Numbered from the stretch's first letter, positions 41,109-51,557 are shown. The stretch is 64,000 bases of DNA from Bacilli bacterium (GCA_017433415.1 JAFRHI010000016.1:2684-66683); one strand, 5' to 3'. The notes: generated from the sequence alone by a model not told the origin. Numbers and translations: made by a program.

Positions 41109-41564
41109 TTATGGAGCTGGACATTTTGTTTTTTCTGGATAATTATAGCAACTTGTAAATCCATTACTTGAAACGTCAGTACCTTCTAGGTTTTTTTTAC
41201 AATTTACCATTACCTGAAAATGGGGGATTTCAATATTACCGCTTGGAGCTGGAGTTGCACTGTCGATTCTTACTACAGTTCCATCACATGTAGCACCTTT
41301 AATTACAGGATTAAGTGGAGTCTCATAGTATCCTCTCTCAACTAATAGTTTAAATGTTACGCTATTTTCGTATTTGTAATCCATAAAATATTCTTCTGCT
41401 GCTGTAGCGGCATTATCAGACATTATTTGGTAAGCTTGTCTATTTGCTTTTTCTCTATATCTTGAATATGCAGTCACCCCAACACCTGATAAGATTCCCA
41501 TAATTGTTATTACTGCTAATAATTCTACTAAACTAAAGCCTCTATTATTCATTTTCTTGTACAT
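41109..41564 (-). CDS. type IV pilin/pseudopilin-like protein (prepilin-type N-terminal cleavage/methylation domain)
   Basis: MYKKMNNRGFSLVELLAVITIMGILSGV is the class III signal with G-F-S-L-V-E and invariant Glu+5. The start was trimmed from the longer ORF call. Confidence 0.6.
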   Translation of the reverse strand: MYKKMNNRGFSLVELLAVITIMGILSGVGVTAYSRYREKANRQAYQIMSDNAATAAEEYFMDYKYENSVTFKLLVERGYYETPLNPVIKGATCDGTVVRIDSATPAPSGNIEIPHFQVMVNCKKNLEGTDVSSNGFTSCYNYPEKTKCPAP

Positions 41565-41631
41565 ACTATCACCTATAATAATTTTATCATAAAAACATTT
41601 AAAGTAAATAAAAGATTGACTATAAGTCAAT

Positions 41632-43242
41632 CTAATTGTATATTTTTGTAATATTTATAACATCACTTTCATTATTATATTCTATCTCAATAGTATCACC
41701 TGTTTTTATAAATGGTAGATTGTTTTTATCTACTTTAATTGATACTTTATAGCGAATATTTTCCTCATCAGTAAAATAATAATATGTATTACCATCTATT
41801 GCTGCTGTTGTAATTTCTGTTATTGTAATTGTTTTTATTATCTGGGTTTTTTCTTCATCGGCTAGATCTACTTCATTAAGATAGGCTTCAGCTGCTTTTT
41901 TAATACCTTTGGAACTATCTGTTACTGATACTTTTTGATAGTCAACAACATCAACAAAACCATACATCTTTACTAAACCAGCATTATCTTTTAATGATAC
42001 TAAGTATGTTGGGCGACTATTTAGATTGATTAATAATGGAAATGTAGATGTATAATTCATCTGTTGCACTTGTCCTTTTGCTGATTCCATTGCTGAAAAC
42101 TCTTCAGCACCGGCAACACTATAATATTTAGTTTCTTTAGTACGCATATTAGTCAAAATAAAGCCAATATTTGATTCATCACTTATTACTGAGGTGATTC
42201 CTGTATAAAGATAAATATCATCATCTTGAGCTAGATAGTTATATCCTTCTGTTGTTGCTACAACGCTTTTTTGACCGATAAATGAATTAAAAAATCCTTT
42301 TTTATATTTACCCCAATCAGCAACTTGTTCTAATATTAAGTCAGCTTCATAAACATGATCAACCCAATTTGGGACTGCATCAACATTATAGTATTTACTT
42401 TTACCATTTATTGGATTTAATATGACTACCCCTACTACATTTCGTCTTAAACCAACACCAACATATTTTACAACGCTTGCTATCCAATAAGGATTGCCTT
42501 CATTATCTATTTCAAAATTTACGCTATCAAAATTTTTAGTTGGGTATAATAATTGTAGTTTACGATATAAGTTTTCATTAAATAATCCTGACGGTGCATA
42601 TTTTAATCCATTTTTTAATTTAACTAATTTTGCTTCCCCAGTTGTAGAGTTAACAGTAATATATCCTTTGATTCCTGATTTGCGATTTGTTAACCATTTA
42701 ATTACTCCATTATATTCAAGCGGTGTAACTCGTATTATTTCATTATTATAATTTATTTGCGTATATTGATCTGACACATCAAACTGTGATACTAATTCAC
42801 TCATTTGACCCATAGTTCTATCGCCTATTTTTAATGAAGAATCGCGATCTAGTAAAGGCACCTTATTAAAATCAACTTCTTTAACATCTGTTGAAAAATC
42901 TCCTGTAGTATCAACTTTAATTCGATTATAATATTCTTTAGAATTAAAAAGTGGTGATAATATAATATTAATTATAATTATTAAGGCTAGAGTTAACGGA
43001 ATTATTGCTAATAGTTTATATTCCTTATAAGTTTTCTTTATTCTTCTTCGGTGTATTAAGTCACTGATTCCTATTTTTAATTCATACATAGTATAGATTG
43101 CTATAAAAACTATTGCTATTACCAATGCAAAAAACCAAAATGTAGGATTTGTAATATTTAATGGTGGATAAGTAATATAGTAGAAAATTCCACCAAATAG
43201 TAATGTTATAAGTATACTCTTAAATAGTTTATTATTTCTCAT
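41632..43242 (-). CDS. membrane-anchored protein (2 N-terminal TMs plus ~450-aa extracytoplasmic domain), unknown function
   Basis: ORF immediately upstream of the pilin-like gene and probably co-transcribed with it. Confidence 0.4.
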   Translation of the reverse strand: MRNNKLFKSILITLLFGGIFYYITYPPLNITNPTFWFFALVIAIVFIAIYTMYELKIGISDLIHRRRIKKTYKEYKLLAIIPLTLALIIIINIILSPLFNSKEYYNRIKVDTTGDFSTDVKEVDFNKVPLLDRDSSLKIGDRTMGQMSELVSQFDVSDQYTQINYNNEIIRVTPLEYNGVIKWLTNRKSGIKGYITVNSTTGEAKLVKLKNGLKYAPSGLFNENLYRKLQLLYPTKNFDSVNFEIDNEGNPYWIASVVKYVGVGLRRNVVGVVILNPINGKSKYYNVDAVPNWVDHVYEADLILEQVADWGKYKKGFFNSFIGQKSVVATTEGYNYLAQDDDIYLYTGITSVISDESNIGFILTNMRTKETKYYSVAGAEEFSAMESAKGQVQQMNYTSTFPLLINLNSRPTYLVSLKDNAGLVKMYGFVDVVDYQKVSVTDSSKGIKKAAEAYLNEVDLADEEKTQIIKTITITEITTAAIDGNTYYYFTDEENIRYKVSIKVDKNNLPFIKTGDTIEIEYNNESDVINITKIYN

Positions 43243-43322
43243 AAATGTTTCCTCCTATGTATATTATACCAGGTAAAATAAAAACTTGCATAGTGCAAGT
43301 TTTGTTTTATGTTCTATAAGAT

Positions 43323-43829
43323 TTATTTTGATTTATTAATAACATCTTTTTTTGATAGTTCTGATTTTAATTCGGTAATTCTTCTTCGCCATTTTGCTCT
43401 TTGTACTGCTAATTTTTCATCTTTATCATAAGAATTTCTTAATTGTGTCATTAATATTGAAATCATTGCTTCCTGGTATTTTGAATTACCAGAATTTGCT
43501 AATAGTTCTATTGCTTTATATCCCATACGAAAAAGAACGTTTTTAAAATCACTACTATTTAATATAAAACAATCTATATCACTATAACGATATTGTTGCT
43601 CTGAAATCCTTTTCTTTATGACTTCAGCTTCAGAAATTGTCATCTTTTTCTTAGAGAAATCTCTCAGTATTGGTTGAATCATTACATCATTATTTAAAAA
43701 TAAACTTCTTAGGGTTGGAAAGTCTATTTCACCATCTTTAAATTGATTAATTATTTGAGAAAACAGCAAAATTTCATTATCTGTTAATGCTTCATCGTAT
43801 TTTATATATCTTTCTTTCATTATTTTCAC
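43323..43829 (-). CDS. hypothetical protein
   Basis: ORF only. Confidence 0.35.
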   Translation of the reverse strand: MKIMKERYIKYDEALTDNEILLFSQIINQFKDGEIDFPTLRSLFLNNDVMIQPILRDFSKKKMTISEAEVIKKRISEQQYRYSDIDCFILNSSDFKNVLFRMGYKAIELLANSGNSKYQEAMISILMTQLRNSYDKDEKLAVQRAKWRRRITELKSELSKKDVINKSK

Positions 43830-43933
43830 ATCCTTATTAATATTGTAGCATAAAAATTAATATATAAAAAACAACTTCTTTTGAAGTTGATACTATATAT
43901 AAAAATCTAACAAAAGTTAGAATAAATTACTCA

Positions 43934-44017
43934 TGGTGCGAGTAACAGGAGTTGAACCTGCACGTCTAAGACACTAGATCCTAAGTCTAGCGCGTCTGCC
44001 AATTCCGCCATACTCGC
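43934..44017 (-). tRNA. tRNA-Leu (anticodon TAG)
   Basis: Reverse complement GCGAGTATGGCGGAATTGGCAGACGCGCTAGACTTAGGATCTAGTGTCTTAGACGTGCAGGTTCAACTCCTGTTACTCGCACCA. Anticodon stem CTAGA/TCTAG with loop CTTAGGA, a long variable arm and an encoded CCA. Confidence 0.85.
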
Positions 44018-44024
44018 AATGCAA

Positions 44025-44101
44025 TGGTGGACCCTACAGGACTCGAACCTGTGACCGCCCGGTTATGAGCCGGATGCTCTAACCAACTGAGCTAAGGGTC
44101 C
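44025..44101 (-). tRNA. tRNA with CAT anticodon (tRNA-Ile2 lysidine type by similarity to ileX, or Met)
   Basis: Reverse complement GGACCCTTAGCTCAGTTGGTTAGAGCATCCGGCTCATAACCGGGCGGTCACAGGTTCGAGTCCTGTAGGGTCCACCA. The acceptor and D-arm resemble E. coli ileX (GGCCCCTTAGCTCAGTGGTTAGAGCA...CTCATAA). Confidence 0.85.
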
Positions 44102-44169
44102 GTTGCTATTTAATAATAGCATAATATCGCTTTCTATGCAAGCAAATATTAAAAAAAAGTAGATATTTT

Positions 44170-44589
44170 CTACTTATCTAACATGTTTAATAAATTAATT
44201 TTAAACATATCTTTTTCTGGGTTAGATTTTGAAATCATTACCCCTTTGTACGTTGAAAGTTCAGCACGATGTCCTTCATCTAAAATACCTTCTGGTGTAA
44301 TATTAGTTAACAATATAATTTTTTTCTCGGTATAGACAGTATAATGTAATACAATTGGTCCATGAACTTTTTGGAATAGTTCTGCAGTTGGTAATTGTAA
44401 TTCATAACTAACTGTTTTATCACGTTCATTATCGTTTACTTTTTTACCTAAAAATTTACCTTTTCTTAGTTCTGGATAGTATGTAAATGTTAATTTTTTA
44501 TAAGCTAACATATTATACTTTCTTACTGATCTTTCTTTTTTTCTAAAGTCATTTTCATCTAAATATTCAAATATATAATTGTTTTCCAT
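44170..44589 (-). CDS. hypothetical protein
   Basis: ORF only. Confidence 0.35.
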   Translation of the reverse strand: MENNYIFEYLDENDFRKKERSVRKYNMLAYKKLTFTYYPELRKGKFLGKKVNDNERDKTVSYELQLPTAELFQKVHGPIVLHYTVYTEKKIILLTNITPEGILDEGHRAELSTYKGVMISKSNPEKDMFKINLLNMLDK

Positions 44590-44702
44590 ATATATTCAAC
44601 CCCCTGATACATCTAAATACCTATTGTACCTTCAATGTATGCATATTATACCACAGATGTTGTATTTTGTCAAATATTTATTATATAGAAAAGAAAAAGA
44701 GC

Positions 44703-46838
44703 TTATTTATGATATTCATAAGCTCCTTCAAATTCCTCTTCAGCTAAAGAGTTAATATATTCATCAACTAATTGTTCATAATTGTCTTGATTAGAATTCA
44801 TACTGAATGGTTTCCCTGCATCGAAGTTTGCTCCCATGGCATTTGGATCTGGTAATGGATCATTGGTTTTATCACCAGATGGATCTGTAGTAATATTTTG
44901 AACTGAATCACTTAAATTACCATTACTATCTTTATAATCATCATAGAATGTTACGTTTCCGTTAAAATCACTCTCATTAACTTTCTCATTATTATTTATT
45001 TTATTATTGGCATTATTAATCTGATCTTGTAGATTTGCATTGTCATTTTCTACTTCTTGAGCAATTCTTCTAGCGTTTTCATCTTCTTCAGCTTGACGTT
45101 GTTGCTGACGGTTTTGAGCATCTCTTTCACCTGTTCTTCTGGAATTAGCATTTTCTTGAGCTATTTCAGCATCAATTTTTGCTTTTTCATCGGCTGGTAT
45201 TGGTTTTGACATACTTTCTTCGACTGTTTCATATGTAGTAACAGTTCCATAACTAATACTTCCTGTAAATTCTCCTTCTACCATTTCAAAGTGCCAATTA
45301 ACAGCATTTTGGAAAGCTGATAATCTACTTAAATCACGTTTAGCATCACTTACTACATAATTATTTCTTTCTTTTAATTCTTTTATAATTGCTTCCCTAT
45401 ATTGTTCATATGTTGGATTGGTCATATCTTCTTTACCATCCATTGTTAACATTACAATTTTTTCAAATTTTTTAGTTGCATAATCACATAATCCTAAGTC
45501 ATTAAGAAAGTCAATTTCACTATTATCTAATGTTAAATCTGATTCTAAATTCTGAAACATCATTTCTGCTGCTGCAATCATAGGAGTTACTGACAATTTA
45601 TATGATTCAATTTCTTGATAAGCATCAGCATGAGAAATACCCTCTGTTCTAATTTCTTTTGTTATAGGAAAATCAGTTCTTACAACATTGAAGAAATCAT
45701 TTATTTTCATTAATTTATCTGTACCAGTTGCCTCTTTTGCGTCAAGAAACAAGTTGTGATATTTAAAATAGAAATCTCTTCCTTCTTTACTATCTATTAA
45801 CCATGACATATCAACAGGATTTTGTCTTGTTTCAATTACATGAGCTCCCATTAATTGCAAAGTAGCATTTTTATAATCTCTAGCCATTTTAGATGAGTCT
45901 ACTATTGTCCCATTAAAATAAGCTTTTATTTGTTCAGGTGTAAAATCACTATATGCTTGTTGTAGTGAAACAATTTCATCAAAAGATAATGCTGCTTTTA
46001 CATCTTTTCCTTCTTCTAGATAAGCATTTGCAAATTTTGCATTAAAATTAGTTAATGTTGCATCTAAAAAATTCATTGAATCTCTTTGATGTTCATTTGT
46101 AGTTACTTCAAGTAGTTCACTATATGAATAATTGCTATATTCAGCATTAGTAGTTCCTTTATTTCCTGAATTAGGTGTATTATTAGCAGCGGTCATTGTT
46201 ACTAAATTACTATTTAACATATTTCCTTCTTTTGATTTTCTAGAGGCACAAGAATATAATCCTGCTCCTATAGCTAATGCTAAAACGACGGCAGCTACTC
46301 TTTTTATTATTCCTTTTTTATTTTTAGTCTTTTTTTCTTTGTTTGATGTCTTATAATTTGCTCTTTCTCGTCTTTCTCTTTCATAGTCATAGCCAGTTTC
46401 TTCTCTAATCAGGCGAGAAACCTGTTCTTCTTCTAGTGGATCAATACATTCTTCATTTGTTCTATTACCAATATAGATTTCTTCTTCATCACGAAACATT
46501 GACTCTTCTGGAACATCTATTATTATTTCTTTGCGTCCAGCTTCGGCTTCAAATCTTTCAAGTTCGGAAATTGTTTCGGCTGGTTTAGAAACAAGACCAC
46601 AGTAGTAATTATAATTTCTTATATATTCTTCTTCTGTTACGACATGAATTATTTCTTGATTAATTAGTTCTTTTAAGGCCTTCTTTGATCTTATTCCTTT
46701 GATTCTGGCTAATATCCCTGCTATTTCTATCCCCTCAGCATATGGGACTGTTTTAGAACTGCCATCATGATAAAAAATAGTGGCAATTTTTTTATTGTTT
46801 TGTTTATAAAAAACTATGTTTTTAATATTTTCTATCAT
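44703..46838 (-). CDS. bitopic membrane protein: ~180-aa cytoplasmic N-domain, one TM, ~500-aa extracytoplasmic domain with a Q/E/N-rich coiled-coil tail
   Basis: TM IIKRVAAVVLALAIGAGLY and a C-terminal QNRQQQRQAEEDENARRIAQEVENDNANLQDQINNANNKINN segment. Confidence 0.45.
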   Translation of the reverse strand: MIENIKNIVFYKQNNKKIATIFYHDGSSKTVPYAEGIEIAGILARIKGIRSKKALKELINQEIIHVVTEEEYIRNYNYYCGLVSKPAETISELERFEAEAGRKEIIIDVPEESMFRDEEEIYIGNRTNEECIDPLEEEQVSRLIREETGYDYERERRERANYKTSNKEKKTKNKKGIIKRVAAVVLALAIGAGLYSCASRKSKEGNMLNSNLVTMTAANNTPNSGNKGTTNAEYSNYSYSELLEVTTNEHQRDSMNFLDATLTNFNAKFANAYLEEGKDVKAALSFDEIVSLQQAYSDFTPEQIKAYFNGTIVDSSKMARDYKNATLQLMGAHVIETRQNPVDMSWLIDSKEGRDFYFKYHNLFLDAKEATGTDKLMKINDFFNVVRTDFPITKEIRTEGISHADAYQEIESYKLSVTPMIAAAEMMFQNLESDLTLDNSEIDFLNDLGLCDYATKKFEKIVMLTMDGKEDMTNPTYEQYREAIIKELKERNNYVVSDAKRDLSRLSAFQNAVNWHFEMVEGEFTGSISYGTVTTYETVEESMSKPIPADEKAKIDAEIAQENANSRRTGERDAQNRQQQRQAEEDENARRIAQEVENDNANLQDQINNANNKINNNEKVNESDFNGNVTFYDDYKDSNGNLSDSVQNITTDPSGDKTNDPLPDPNAMGANFDAGKPFSMNSNQDNYEQLVDEYINSLAEEEFEGAYEYHK

Positions 46839-46848
46839 ATTTTACCTC

Positions 46849-48846
46849 CTATTTTTCTTTTTTGGCTCCAGTATACTCCCAACCATTGTCTAGCAATTCT
46901 CTATTGTTGTAATAACTCCATGTTGTCTTTGTTGTGCCTTCTTCAATAATACTTCTATTTTTTGTACTTTGATAACATACATCTCCATATAATGGTTCAT
47001 CACGTGTAGCTTTTTCAGTTACCGTAATTGTTCCATAAATTGGAATTGTTTTTATTGTATATTCACCACAACTTGCATATCCTGTACTTGATGAAGATGA
47101 AGGTATTGTTGTAGTTGAGGAAACAGTTGATAAACCGCCAACATATGTATATGAATCATAATAATAATTTGGTAATGTCTCACATGTCTCACTACAATAA
47201 CTATAATCTGCACCTACAAATTTATAGTGTGTAGTATTAGTATCTCGTGGTGGATTAGAATAGCTTGCTCTACCATTATATCGCCAATTTCCTGTTGTTG
47301 CTGCAGTTGATCCAGATATATCATTTATTTTTACATAACTTGATGTTGTAGCATAAATCTTTTTATTTATTTCAATATAGTTGTATTTTGAACAAGATTT
47401 TTGTTGATAGAATCCTGTTTGCTCTATAACTTCTCTTGTTCTTGTATATGTTTTCTTATGATCACCAATTTTTTCTTTACGTTTATATAATTGCAATTTT
47501 CTTAGACATGATGGATTTTCATCAGAACAGTTTATTTCTTTTGTAGAACAACTTGTTTTTGACCAATCACTCCAACTTGTCCAGTTTGAATATATACTGT
47601 CTGTTGTTTTCTTATATTCATAAACATATTCTACTTTAATGCACTCTTTTTTATATTCTGTCTCTGTTACTACAGAACCATCTTTACCATAATATTTACC
47701 ATTATATTTTTCACAATAGTGTTTTGATTCTGGTTTTGTACACTCTTTTTTATATTGTGTCTCTGATACTACTGAGCCATCTTTACCATAATATTTACCA
47801 TTGTATTTTTCACAATAGTGTTTTTCATCTATTGTAATACATTGTTTTTTATATTCTTTTAGAGTTACAATCTCACCATTTTTACCATAATAATTGCCAT
47901 TGTGTTTTTTACAATAATATTTTGATTCTTGTTTTATACATTGTCTTTTATATTCTGTCTTATCAACAACATTTCCATTTTTACCATAATATATACCACT
48001 CTTTACTCTACACTTTAATGTCTCAGTAGGTGTTGGTTTTGATGGTGTTGTTTTACTAGGTTTTTTTGATGGAACATATTCTCCATCATGGATTGATCCT
48101 TTTATTGGAACAGTTGATGTTACTTCATCACTTCGTGTTACTGTAGCAGCTTGTTCTTTTTGACATATATATGAATCACAATATGTATAACATCCTAAAT
48201 GTACAAGAATATAATCTTCTTTTTCACTATCTTTTATATTTACTTTTAAGATATATTCATCATCTACTTTAGTAATTTTTACATAGCTTTTCTCTACATC
48301 ACAAGCTTTATTATTTTTATCAATAAGTGGTACTATTATCTTTTTACCAATCATATCACTTAATGTCATTTTATCTGATTGTCCAACTTCTTGTGGTAAT
48401 CTTTCATCAGTGTAGTATGATATAGCTGCTTCCTTCATTTTATCGATATTATTAGAAAAAATTTGTGATGAAATTGCTTTTAAAGCATCTTCGTTTTCAG
48501 CAGATTCACTAGTTGTTTTAGTTGTTTCTTTCTTATTTTTCTTTTTTGATGTAGTTTTATTTTTCTTTGTTGTTTTATCTTTTGACTTTGATTTAATTAC
48601 TTTTTCATTCTTTTTCTCAGTTTTATTATTGTTTTTATCCGAACCTTTTGACTTTTGCTTGTTTATAACTAAACCATTACTTATCTTGTTACTATTTTTA
48701 TTTGTATTTCCTTTAAAGGCTGGAATTACAAATCTTGTCAATAACCAAAAAAGTAGCAACAAAAAAAGTATAGTTAGAATAAGCTTGATTAAAAATCTTC
48801 TGATTGGAAATCCACGTCGTTCATATTCTTCTGTATACATATTCAA
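46849..48846 (-). CDS. bitopic membrane protein with Lys-rich linker and four or five Cys-containing ~30-aa YYGK(D/N)G repeats
   Basis: Repeats of the form (H/Y)YC(E/K)K(Y/H)NG(K/N)YYGK(D/N)G(S/E)VV.E..YKK(E/Q)C.K. Sits 11 bp downstream of the previous gene. Confidence 0.45.
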   Translation of the reverse strand: MNMYTEEYERRGFPIRRFLIKLILTILFLLLLFWLLTRFVIPAFKGNTNKNSNKISNGLVINKQKSKGSDKNNNKTEKKNEKVIKSKSKDKTTKKNKTTSKKKNKKETTKTTSESAENEDALKAISSQIFSNNIDKMKEAAISYYTDERLPQEVGQSDKMTLSDMIGKKIIVPLIDKNNKACDVEKSYVKITKVDDEYILKVNIKDSEKEDYILVHLGCYTYCDSYICQKEQAATVTRSDEVTSTVPIKGSIHDGEYVPSKKPSKTTPSKPTPTETLKCRVKSGIYYGKNGNVVDKTEYKRQCIKQESKYYCKKHNGNYYGKNGEIVTLKEYKKQCITIDEKHYCEKYNGKYYGKDGSVVSETQYKKECTKPESKHYCEKYNGKYYGKDGSVVTETEYKKECIKVEYVYEYKKTTDSIYSNWTSWSDWSKTSCSTKEINCSDENPSCLRKLQLYKRKEKIGDHKKTYTRTREVIEQTGFYQQKSCSKYNYIEINKKIYATTSSYVKINDISGSTAATTGNWRYNGRASYSNPPRDTNTTHYKFVGADYSYCSETCETLPNYYYDSYTYVGGLSTVSSTTTIPSSSSSTGYASCGEYTIKTIPIYGTITVTEKATRDEPLYGDVCYQSTKNRSIIEEGTTKTTWSYYNNRELLDNGWEYTGAKKEK

Positions 48847-48888
48847 CTTCCTTCCTTGCGTTTGGTGTTTATACTATCATTGGGTTCC

Positions 48889-49161
48889 TTATTTGTCAAG
48901 GCTTTTGTGAAGTTCAACAATGGTCATTCCATTATTAAAATTATCGATTTTATAGCTTGAAACTAACTTACTTTTTTTTAGTGTTTCTTGAGTAGTTTTT
49001 CTTAGTATTCCACTACCTATTCCATGTATAATAATTACTTTTAAATTTTTCATTTTAGTATTGTCTTCCAAAAATTCATTTATTAATATTTTGGCATAAT
49101 CACTATCTATCCCGTGAAGATCTAATGTTGGTAAATTATTATATAACATCGTCATAATCAA
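48889..49161 (-). CDS. Smr-domain protein
   Basis: LDLHGIDSDYAKILI...KVIIIHGIGSGILRKTTQETLKK matches the Smr signature LDLHG...IHGKG.G.L. Confidence 0.6.
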   Translation of the reverse strand: MIMTMLYNNLPTLDLHGIDSDYAKILINEFLEDNTKMKNLKVIIIHGIGSGILRKTTQETLKKSKLVSSYKIDNFNNGMTIVELHKSLDK

Positions 49162-50035
49162 ATACTTCTCTTAACTCTGGTATAGAGTATCTTGAACCTA
49201 TTCTTGTAACTGATATAGCAGCGGTAACAGAGGAAAAATGAATTGCCTCTATTAAAGAATAACCATTACTTATGAAATATGTAAAAGCACCATGGAAAAT
49301 ATCACCAGCTCCTGTAGAATCAAGTGAGGTTACTTTTATACTTGGAATAATTTGTGGTTTTCCATCTATTTCTGTAAAACTACCTGCGGCTTCTAAAGTA
49401 ATTATGATATTCGTTTTATAATAATCTTTTAATTTTTCATAAGCAGTAATTAAAGTATCAATGTTATTAACATTTATTTCTGTTTCGGAAAATTTTTCAG
49501 CAAATTCTTTTGAGCATACTACATATTTTACTAATTTACCGATTACTAATCGATCTTCATCATATCTTCCAGCATCCAAGACGCTGATGGCATCAGGATT
49601 GTTTTTTAATACTTCAATAGCTGTTTCAGGATGTTCTCCATCTACCAAAATTACATCTGCTTTTATATTAACTGGTTTAGATAGTTTTCTGATTGGTGGT
49701 TTTTTTGAGGTTATTATTGTTCTTGAGCCATTGCTCATATTTGCAATAATATAACTACTAGAGGTCATATGATTTTCTTTCTTTTCTAAATATGTAATAT
49801 CAGCACCGATGTTTTTAAAATCTTCTATAACTTTATCACCATAGTAATCATCACCAACTATTGAAACAATAGTAGTATCCATTCCCCATTTAGCTAGTAA
49901 ATAAGCGCCGTTTGAGGCAGGCCCTCCACCACATTCAATATGTTTATTTATACGATATTTAGAATTTTCTGTTGGATACAGATCCATAGGTAGTGTTGTA
50001 TCATAAGTTGAATGTCCTACACAGACTACTTTCAT
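49139..50035 (-). CDS. PfkB-family carbohydrate/nucleoside kinase
   Basis: C-terminal DSTGAGDIFHGAF (PfkB signature 2) and N-terminal GG dipeptide. Confidence 0.75.
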   Translation of the reverse strand: MKVVCVGHSTYDTTLPMDLYPTENSKYRINKHIECGGGPASNGAYLLAKWGMDTTIVSIVGDDYYGDKVIEDFKNIGADITYLEKKENHMTSSSYIIANMSNGSRTIITSKKPPIRKLSKPVNIKADVILVDGEHPETAIEVLKNNPDAISVLDAGRYDEDRLVIGKLVKYVVCSKEFAEKFSETEINVNNIDTLITAYEKLKDYYKTNIIITLEAAGSFTEIDGKPQIIPSIKVTSLDSTGAGDIFHGAFTYFISNGYSLIEAIHFSSVTAAISVTRIGSRYSIPELREVFDYDDVI

Positions 50036-50121
50036 AGCTTCACCTTCTCATATAAATTATACCAAAAAAGACTACCATTATTATTGATAATCTTTTTGAT
50101 AATTGTAAATTTACAGGTATA

Positions 50122-50862
50122 TTAGTCAAATAAGTGATGTTGCATACCTTCAGGGTTATCTAAATACATTTTATATAATTTATATATTTCAGTGTCTTTA
50201 AAAGAAATTTCAGCAAATTCATTATTCAAATCTAATATTTGACCATTGCGATAGCTTATTAATATTGGCGAATGAGTAGCGATGATAAATTGACTACCAT
50301 TTTGGACTAATTCATCTATTAGGCAAAGTAATGATAATTGTCTTTGAGGTGATAAAGCAGCTTCTGGTTCATCTAAAATATATAGACCATGATCAGTAAA
50401 TTTATTTTGAACTAACTGGATAAATGACTCTCCGTGTGAACATTCATGTAAGTTTCCTCCATATACTTTATACAAGTTATGAAAATTATCTTCTTCGACT
50501 AGTCTTTGAACTTCAGAAGAGAAGTTGTAAAAACTCTCGGCTCTGAGAAAAAATTTTGTTTTAGCTTTATTATATGTATATATGTGAAGATAGTCTGACA
50601 AGTTTGATGTAGTATTTTTAGTTTGATATTGAAAATTTTGCGTACCACCTTCAGCAGGGAGCCCAAGAGCTACAGCGATGGCTTCAATAAATGTTGATTT
50701 GCCAACTCCATTTTCTCCAACAAAGAAAGTAACTGGAGCTTGAAAAGTTAATTCCTCAAAGTTTTTTACTAGTTCTATATTAAAGGGGTATTTATTATTG
50801 TCTTCTATTCTATCTTTATCAAGTGTAATTTTTTTGATGATTAAATCATTATTAATACTCAT
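50122..50862 (-). CDS. AAA_21/ABC-like standalone ATPase
   Basis: Walker A GENGVGKST and Walker B/D-loop LYILDEPEAALSP. Confidence 0.6.
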   Translation of the reverse strand: MSINNDLIIKKITLDKDRIEDNNKYPFNIELVKNFEELTFQAPVTFFVGENGVGKSTFIEAIAVALGLPAEGGTQNFQYQTKNTTSNLSDYLHIYTYNKAKTKFFLRAESFYNFSSEVQRLVEEDNFHNLYKVYGGNLHECSHGESFIQLVQNKFTDHGLYILDEPEAALSPQRQLSLLCLIDELVQNGSQFIIATHSPILISYRNGQILDLNNEFAEISFKDTEIYKLYKMYLDNPEGMQHHLFD

Positions 50863-50884
50863 ATATTATCACCTTAAACTTATA

Positions 50885-51541
50885 CTATTTTTTTAGTACA
50901 TAGACAAGCCATTTATTTTTTTCATCGCCACCTTCTTTATGAAAGTGTTCAATCTTGTATTTTGTATGACTGATTATTTCGTCTAATTCTTCTTTGGTAT
51001 AGTAATTGTAATAGCGATCTATTCCCATATGATACTCTCCTGGAAAATCGACCCATTCACTATCAACTGTGCGTGTTTCTCTATTTATTGCATTAAATAT
51101 TAATATACCATTATCTTCTAGGGCATCATAGATTTTTCCTAATACTTTAATAGCGTCTTCTCTTGTAAAATGAACAAATACTCGCCAGCATAATACCCCA
51201 AAATATTTCTTTTTAAATTCATCTTCTAAGACATTAAACTTTACAGGATTTAATCCTTGTTCTTTTAAGGCTTCAAGAAATGCTTCTGCAACATCACTTG
51301 CAGTAATGTTATAGCCTAGTTCTTTAAGATGTTTTGCATTTACTCCATCAGCTGAACCTATCTCAATAATATCTGATCCGACTGGTAAGTTTTTAAAACT
51401 TTCTTCAATGAATTGCCAAAGCTTTTCTTGTTTTTTTCTTGCTTTTTTCATGTCTAGTCTATCATGTTCAATAGAGTTAGCTAAATAAATATTAGCTGTT
51501 TTATCGTATGCTTCTAGTGTTTTTTTATTTTCTACACTCAT
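50885..51541 (-). CDS. class I SAM-dependent methyltransferase
   Basis: Motif I IIEIGSADGVNA. Confidence 0.65.
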   Translation of the reverse strand: MSVENKKTLEAYDKTANIYLANSIEHDRLDMKKARKKQEKLWQFIEESFKNLPVGSDIIEIGSADGVNAKHLKELGYNITASDVAEAFLEALKEQGLNPVKFNVLEDEFKKKYFGVLCWRVFVHFTREDAIKVLGKIYDALEDNGILIFNAINRETRTVDSEWVDFPGEYHMGIDRYYNYYTKEELDEIISHTKYKIEHFHKEGGDEKNKWLVYVLKK

Positions 51542-51557
51542 CTATTATCCTCTTTTC

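Noticed and set aside
50122-50862. AAA_21 ATPase as part of a defence system (for example an Abi/Gabija-like partner)
   Set aside because: No nuclease or partner gene is adjacent; its neighbours are an ordinary SAM methyltransferase and ttcA. It is treated as a stand-alone ATPase.
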